DNA from: an uncultured Endomicrobiia bacterium
Lineage (GTDB): Bacteria; Elusimicrobiota; Endomicrobiia; Endomicrobiales; Endomicrobiaceae
DNA length: 56,034 bases
Direction of reading: 5' to 3'
NCBI GenBank assembly: GCA_905234925.1
Contig: CAJOJJ010000001.1
Span: forward strand, 1 to 56,034
In this document: piece by piece, positions 52,499 through 56,034 of the stretch
Layout of the letters: each line of letters starts with the position of its first letter
Position numbering within the stretch: the first letter of the stretch is position 1
Notes under the pieces: generated by a model
The model's input: only the letters and a program-made list of their open reading frames with translations
Told to the model about the DNA's origin: nothing
Databases searched by the model: none
Position numbers and translations under genes: made by a program

Positions 52499-54682
52499 AT
52501 GAAAAAAATACTTGTATCTGCCGCAATGTTTCTATTTTTCTTCAGCATGGTAAATGCTCAGGAAATCGTAAGGGAAAAAACTTTCAACTCAAATTTTGAC
52601 ACCACTGTAGATAAACTTGAAAAGAATTTGTCTAAGTACTACGGCAAAAATTTAGTAATCAGAACCAGTGTTTCTAACGGTAAAAAAGGCGGACATGCAA
52701 GCATTAATTGGGACACATCATATGATGAAAACGGAGAAAATCCGCAAAGAGATAAATTTAAGCTGTTTGTAAGAGAAAACGAAAAAAATTCAACAAGCGT
52801 AAAAATGTTCTATGACTTTGAATATACGTCAAACGGTTCTTATGTAAAACCTGACAGAGGGATGACGGCAGCACTGTATAATGATATGTGGACCGTTTTG
52901 GAAGCAGATTCCGTGAATGAAAAACAATTTAAGAAAGTTATTAACGGTAAAAATATAACTGCAGCCGACGGTAAGAAGAAAAAAGATAAAAAAAGCGACA
53001 AAAATAAATCTGCAGAAAAAAATACAAAATCGGATAAAAATAAAGAAACATTACAGCCCGTTGCAGCGATAAAAGCCGAAGATACGAAAAATTCAGCAGT
53101 TTCCAAAGAACCTAAAACGGAATCCGCAGAACCTGAAAAAGCTGAAATTTCCAAAGAACAAAAAACGGAAATTGTGTCGGATAAAGTACAAAAAGAACCC
53201 GTAAATGCAGCTGTTATCGACGAACCTAAAGAAGAATCGTTCGAAAAAACGGAAACAGAACTTAAAGCTGCCGGACCTGTTAAAACGGAGGTTATTGTTC
53301 CTGCAGTAGAAAAAGCAGAAACTTCAAAAGGAAAACAAAAAACAAACACTCCTCAAACTGAGCCTGTGGAAAGTATAGTACCTATTACTACGGAACCTGA
53401 AGAAGAAGTAAAAGAAGCTTTTGAAGCAGCAGAACAGGCAATAGAAAAAGCTCCGGTTATTTCACAAGCGGAACAGTCGGCTGAAGCTGCAGTTAAAGCA
53501 GAACAAATTATGGAAAAAGAAAAGATTTCCGAGTCCGCCGGCACCGTATCCTTAGGTGTTGCCGCTGCCGCATCCGTTCAGACTCAAAAAAATGAGGATG
53601 AAACCATAGATATTAAACAAAAAAAGTCTGAGGCTGCCGCTAAGAAGCAGAAAGAAAAAGAAGAGCGAAAAGCACAGAAACTTAAAGAAAAAGAAGAGTT
53701 AAAGAAACAGAAAGAAGAGCAGGCTGCCCAAAAACTAAAAGAAAAAGAAGAATTGGCTGCAAAGAAAGAACAGGAAAGGCAAGCCGTTCTTGCCGAAAAA
53801 ATGCAGAAACAGGAAGAAGCTAAAAAACTGAAAGAGGAACAGGCTGCGAAAAAACTTCAAGAAAAAGAAGAGTTAAAGAAACAGAAAGAAGAGTTGGCTG
53901 CAAAAAAACTGAAAGAAAAAGAAGAATTAAAGAAACAGAAAGAAGAACAAGCTGCCCAAAAACTGAAAGAAAAAGAAGAGTTGACTGCAAAGAAAGAACA
54001 GGAAAGGCAAGCCGTTCTTGCCGTAAAACTTCAGCAAAAAGAAGAAGCAAAAAAACAGAAAGAAGAGTTAGCTGCTCAGAAACAGAAAGAAAAAGAAGAT
54101 AAAATAAAAGAACAGGAAGAAGCCAAGAGACTAAGAGAAGAGGCAAAACAAAAAGAGAAAGAAGAATTGGCTGCAAAGAAACTGCAGGAAGAAGAAGATT
54201 TAAAGAAACAGAAAGAAGCAGAACTTGCCGCAATCAAGCAAAAAGAAGAAGAGGATGCAAGAAGGCAGGAAGCAGAAGTTGCCGCAGCAGACTTGCAAAG
54301 AAAGCAGCAAAAACAGAAAGAAAAAGAAAATTTGGAAAAATCCAAAAGCAGAACATATGATATTTCTTATTATAAAGTATATTCCACTATGTTGGAAAAT
54401 GTTTCCAAAAATGTTAAAGGTATAGAAACTGCTGATGAAGAAAACGGTATAATCGTTACGGATTGGACCTATTCCGGAAATGCTTTACAATCACATAAAG
54501 CAAAAAGAAGATTTAAAATTACGTTAAGATTTACCGAAATTTCCGAAAACAAGACAGGTGTTTCGGCACAAACGGAATTTGAAACATTCTTGATTGATTG
54601 GAAGAAGCAAGTTTTAAAAGATACATTCCTGACAGATTATTATAACTCTCTGTTTAATGATTTGGAGGAAGGGCTTAAATAA
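52499..54682 (+). CDS. secreted 727-aa protein: two related globular end domains separated by a long Lys/Glu/Ala-rich repeat (TolA-domain-II-like) spacer
   Basis: The signal peptide is MKKILVSAAMFLFFFSMVNA. The central ~400 aa are low complexity with 18-aa units A[QK]KL[KQ]EKEELKKQKEE[QL]A. The N- and C-terminal ~110-aa domains share the same pattern (…WDTSY…FKLFVRENE… versus …TDWTYSG…FKITLRFTE…). Confidence 0.7.
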   Translation: MKKILVSAAMFLFFFSMVNAQEIVREKTFNSNFDTTVDKLEKNLSKYYGKNLVIRTSVSNGKKGGHASINWDTSYDENGENPQRDKFKLFVRENEKNSTSVKMFYDFEYTSNGSYVKPDRGMTAALYNDMWTVLEADSVNEKQFKKVINGKNITAADGKKKKDKKSDKNKSAEKNTKSDKNKETLQPVAAIKAEDTKNSAVSKEPKTESAEPEKAEISKEQKTEIVSDKVQKEPVNAAVIDEPKEESFEKTETELKAAGPVKTEVIVPAVEKAETSKGKQKTNTPQTEPVESIVPITTEPEEEVKEAFEAAEQAIEKAPVISQAEQSAEAAVKAEQIMEKEKISESAGTVSLGVAAAASVQTQKNEDETIDIKQKKSEAAAKKQKEKEERKAQKLKEKEELKKQKEEQAAQKLKEKEELAAKKEQERQAVLAEKMQKQEEAKKLKEEQAAKKLQEKEELKKQKEELAAKKLKEKEELKKQKEEQAAQKLKEKEELTAKKEQERQAVLAVKLQQKEEAKKQKEELAAQKQKEKEDKIKEQEEAKRLREEAKQKEKEELAAKKLQEEEDLKKQKEAELAAIKQKEEEDARRQEAEVAAADLQRKQQKQKEKENLEKSKSRTYDISYYKVYSTMLENVSKNVKGIETADEENGIIVTDWTYSGNALQSHKAKRRFKITLRFTEISENKTGVSAQTEFETFLIDWKKQVLKDTFLTDYYNSLFNDLEEGLK
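53684..54139 (+). repeat. coding tandem duplication, 2 x 228 bp, itself built of 54-bp sub-repeats
   Basis: AAAGAAAAAGAAGAGTTAAAGAAACAGAAAGAAGAGCAGGCTGCCCAAAAACT... at 53684 recurs at 53912 with few substitutions. This includes the block GAACAGGAAAGGCAAGCCGTTCTTGCCG. Confidence 0.85.
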
Positions 54683-54763
54683 AAAAAACCTTGACAAAAA
54701 TCAGTTTATGGGCTATATATTCAGTGTCGGGCGGAATGGTCAATAAAAATCCTAATGGAAAAT

Positions 54764-56034
54764 TCACCATCGCCCGATTTTGTTTTTGCGTTTGCGGAAA
54801 AATCTGTTTTGTTTCGGTTTTGAATTATTAGGGCGGTTTGTACCTTGTGTTATAGTCAATTTTTGTTTCATTCTGGCATTTCTATCTTTTTCAACAAAAA
54901 TATCTTTCCCGTTAATATCCTGTTCCGTATAATAAAATAAAGTAGAAAATGTTGACGGCGTAGGCGTAAACACCTGTACCTGTTCGGGTGAAAACCGTAA
55001 ATTATTTTTTATAAAAGATAAAAGTTCTTTCATATCATTTAAAGAACATCCGGGATGATCTACCATAAAATAACAGGTTAAAAACTGGTTTAAAGGCTTA
55101 TTTATATACTCAAAATCGTTCATAAAATAAAGAAATGTATTTTGTTTCGGCTTTCCCATCATATCAAGAACATTATCGCTTGTATGCTCGGGTGCTATTT
55201 TTAACTGTCCTGAAATATTGTTCTCTGAAATAAATTTCAAATATTTTTCCCCGTTTTGTCTGTCGGCAATTATCAAATCGTGCCTCATTCCGGACGAAAC
55301 AAAAATCTTTTTAATTTTTTTATTCTTTGCGGCATCAGCCAATAAATCCATCTGTTTATCATGTGAAAAAACTATATTTGGACAAACTTCCGGATATAAA
55401 CATCTTTTGTTTTTACAGCTGCCCGTTTTGCCGAAAGCTTTACATGATATTTTATACATATTTCCTGTCGGTCCGCCAATATCGAAAATATAGCCCTTAA
55501 AATCCGTTTTTTCAACCAGTTTATTAACTTCTTTTATTATTGATTCTTTACTTCTTGAAATTACGCTTTTTCCCTGATGTACGGCAATAGCACAAAAATT
55601 ACATTCTCCGCAGCATCCTCTGTGAGAGACAACGGAAAAGTTTATAGTTTCTTGTGCTTTTACTGCTCCCTGCTTTGCGTAATAAGGATGAACTTCTCTT
55701 GCAAAATCCATATCATAAATTTTATCAAGTTCCTGTTCTGTCGGTAAATCCTGAGGCGGATTATGAATTAAATATCTTGTATCATGTTTTTGGCACAAAC
55801 CTTTGGAATTAACATAAGCGGAATTTTCATAAAAAGTTTTAAACATTTCCCTGAATTTACTTTTATCCTGCACACACTCCTCAAAAGACGGCATATTGAT
55901 ATAATCATTTTTAAAAGTTTTTGATATATAGCAGAGACCTTTTATATCACGATAATCTTTTCCGTCACGCAGTGCATAAGAAAGTTCCAGCATTGTTTTT
56001 TCTGCCATACCGTAAGCAAGAATATCCGCTTTTG
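54764..56034 (-). CDS. ygiQ: YgiQ-family (UPF0313) radical SAM protein, N-terminus beyond the right edge
   Basis: SHRGCCGECNFCAIAVHQG is the radical SAM cluster motif of the YgiQ family. It has a basic C-terminal tail. The reading frame stays open upstream of the ORF-track Met to position 56034 (…KADILAYGMAEKT…). Confidence 0.85.
   Translation of the reverse strand, partial: KADILAYGMAEKTMLELSYALRDGKDYRDIKGLCYISKTFKNDYINMPSFEECVQDKSKFREMFKTFYENSAYVNSKGLCQKHDTRYLIHNPPQDLPTEQELDKIYDMDFAREVHPYYAKQGAVKAQETINFSVVSHRGCCGECNFCAIAVHQGKSVISRSKESIIKEVNKLVEKTDFKGYIFDIGGPTGNMYKISCKAFGKTGSCKNKRCLYPEVCPNIVFSHDKQMDLLADAAKNKKIKKIFVSSGMRHDLIIADRQNGEKYLKFISENNISGQLKIAPEHTSDNVLDMMGKPKQNTFLYFMNDFEYINKPLNQFLTCYFMVDHPGCSLNDMKELLSFIKNNLRFSPEQVQVFTPTPSTFSTLFYYTEQDINGKDIFVEKDRNARMKQKLTITQGTNRPNNSKPKQNRFFRKRKNKIGRW

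Noticed and set aside
54727-54788. Stem TCGGGCG...CGCCCGA followed by a T-run, considered as a terminator of the 727-aa gene
   Set aside because: It has only a 7-bp stem with a ~37-nt loop, and the right arm and T-run lie inside the ygiQ coding sequence. This is too weak to call.

Overview
This is an AT-rich (roughly one-third GC by eye) bacterial chromosome segment from a diderm-type organism, judged from an LpxL-family acyltransferase, an outer-membrane beta-barrel and a prepilin-type protein. The taxon cannot be fixed from the sequence; gene content is compatible with an Elusimicrobia-like lineage, but this is unverified. I support about 55 protein genes, one tRNA-Arg(CCU) and no rRNA, CRISPR, transposase or integrase. 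Nearly everything from 1.8 to 32 kb is on the minus strand. Conserved blocks are listed below.
- rpsB-tsf-pyrH-frr-(small ferredoxin)-uppS-cdsA, with dxr displaced by a 1.7 kb insert carrying an XRE regulator and a pilin-like gene.
- A 10.6 kb colinear hpf-ptsN-hprK-rapZ-yvcK-EIIA/EIIB(Man)-GH57-EIIC-EIID-ptsH-ptsI cluster.
- An LpxL-like gene, a DUF362 Fe-S protein, smc, an AddB-like nuclease, rph and argJ.
- leuC-leuA-pssA-psd, then yaaT-holB-tmk.
- A plus-strand polyamine block (nspC, carboxynorspermidine dehydrogenase, Orn/Lys/Arg decarboxylase), followed by dksA-like, panD, a sigma factor and apt.
- A 727-aa Lys/Glu-repeat secreted protein and a truncated ygiQ-type radical SAM gene.

Two things stand out.
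1. A five-gene operon of secreted proteins at 33.5-38.5 kb: two paralogous subunit-like proteins, a two-beta-sandwich chaperone-like protein, a protein with a T9SS/FlgD-Ig-like C-terminal domain, and a PorV/TraF-like beta-barrel. I cannot assign it to a described assembly system.
2. Almost every intergenic spacer is built from a small vocabulary of repeat modules: heptamer and octamer arrays, REP-like hairpins, and an AT-rich hairpin fused to a Shine-Dalgarno. Copies are also inserted in frame into a prepilin leader and into a glycosyltransferase.
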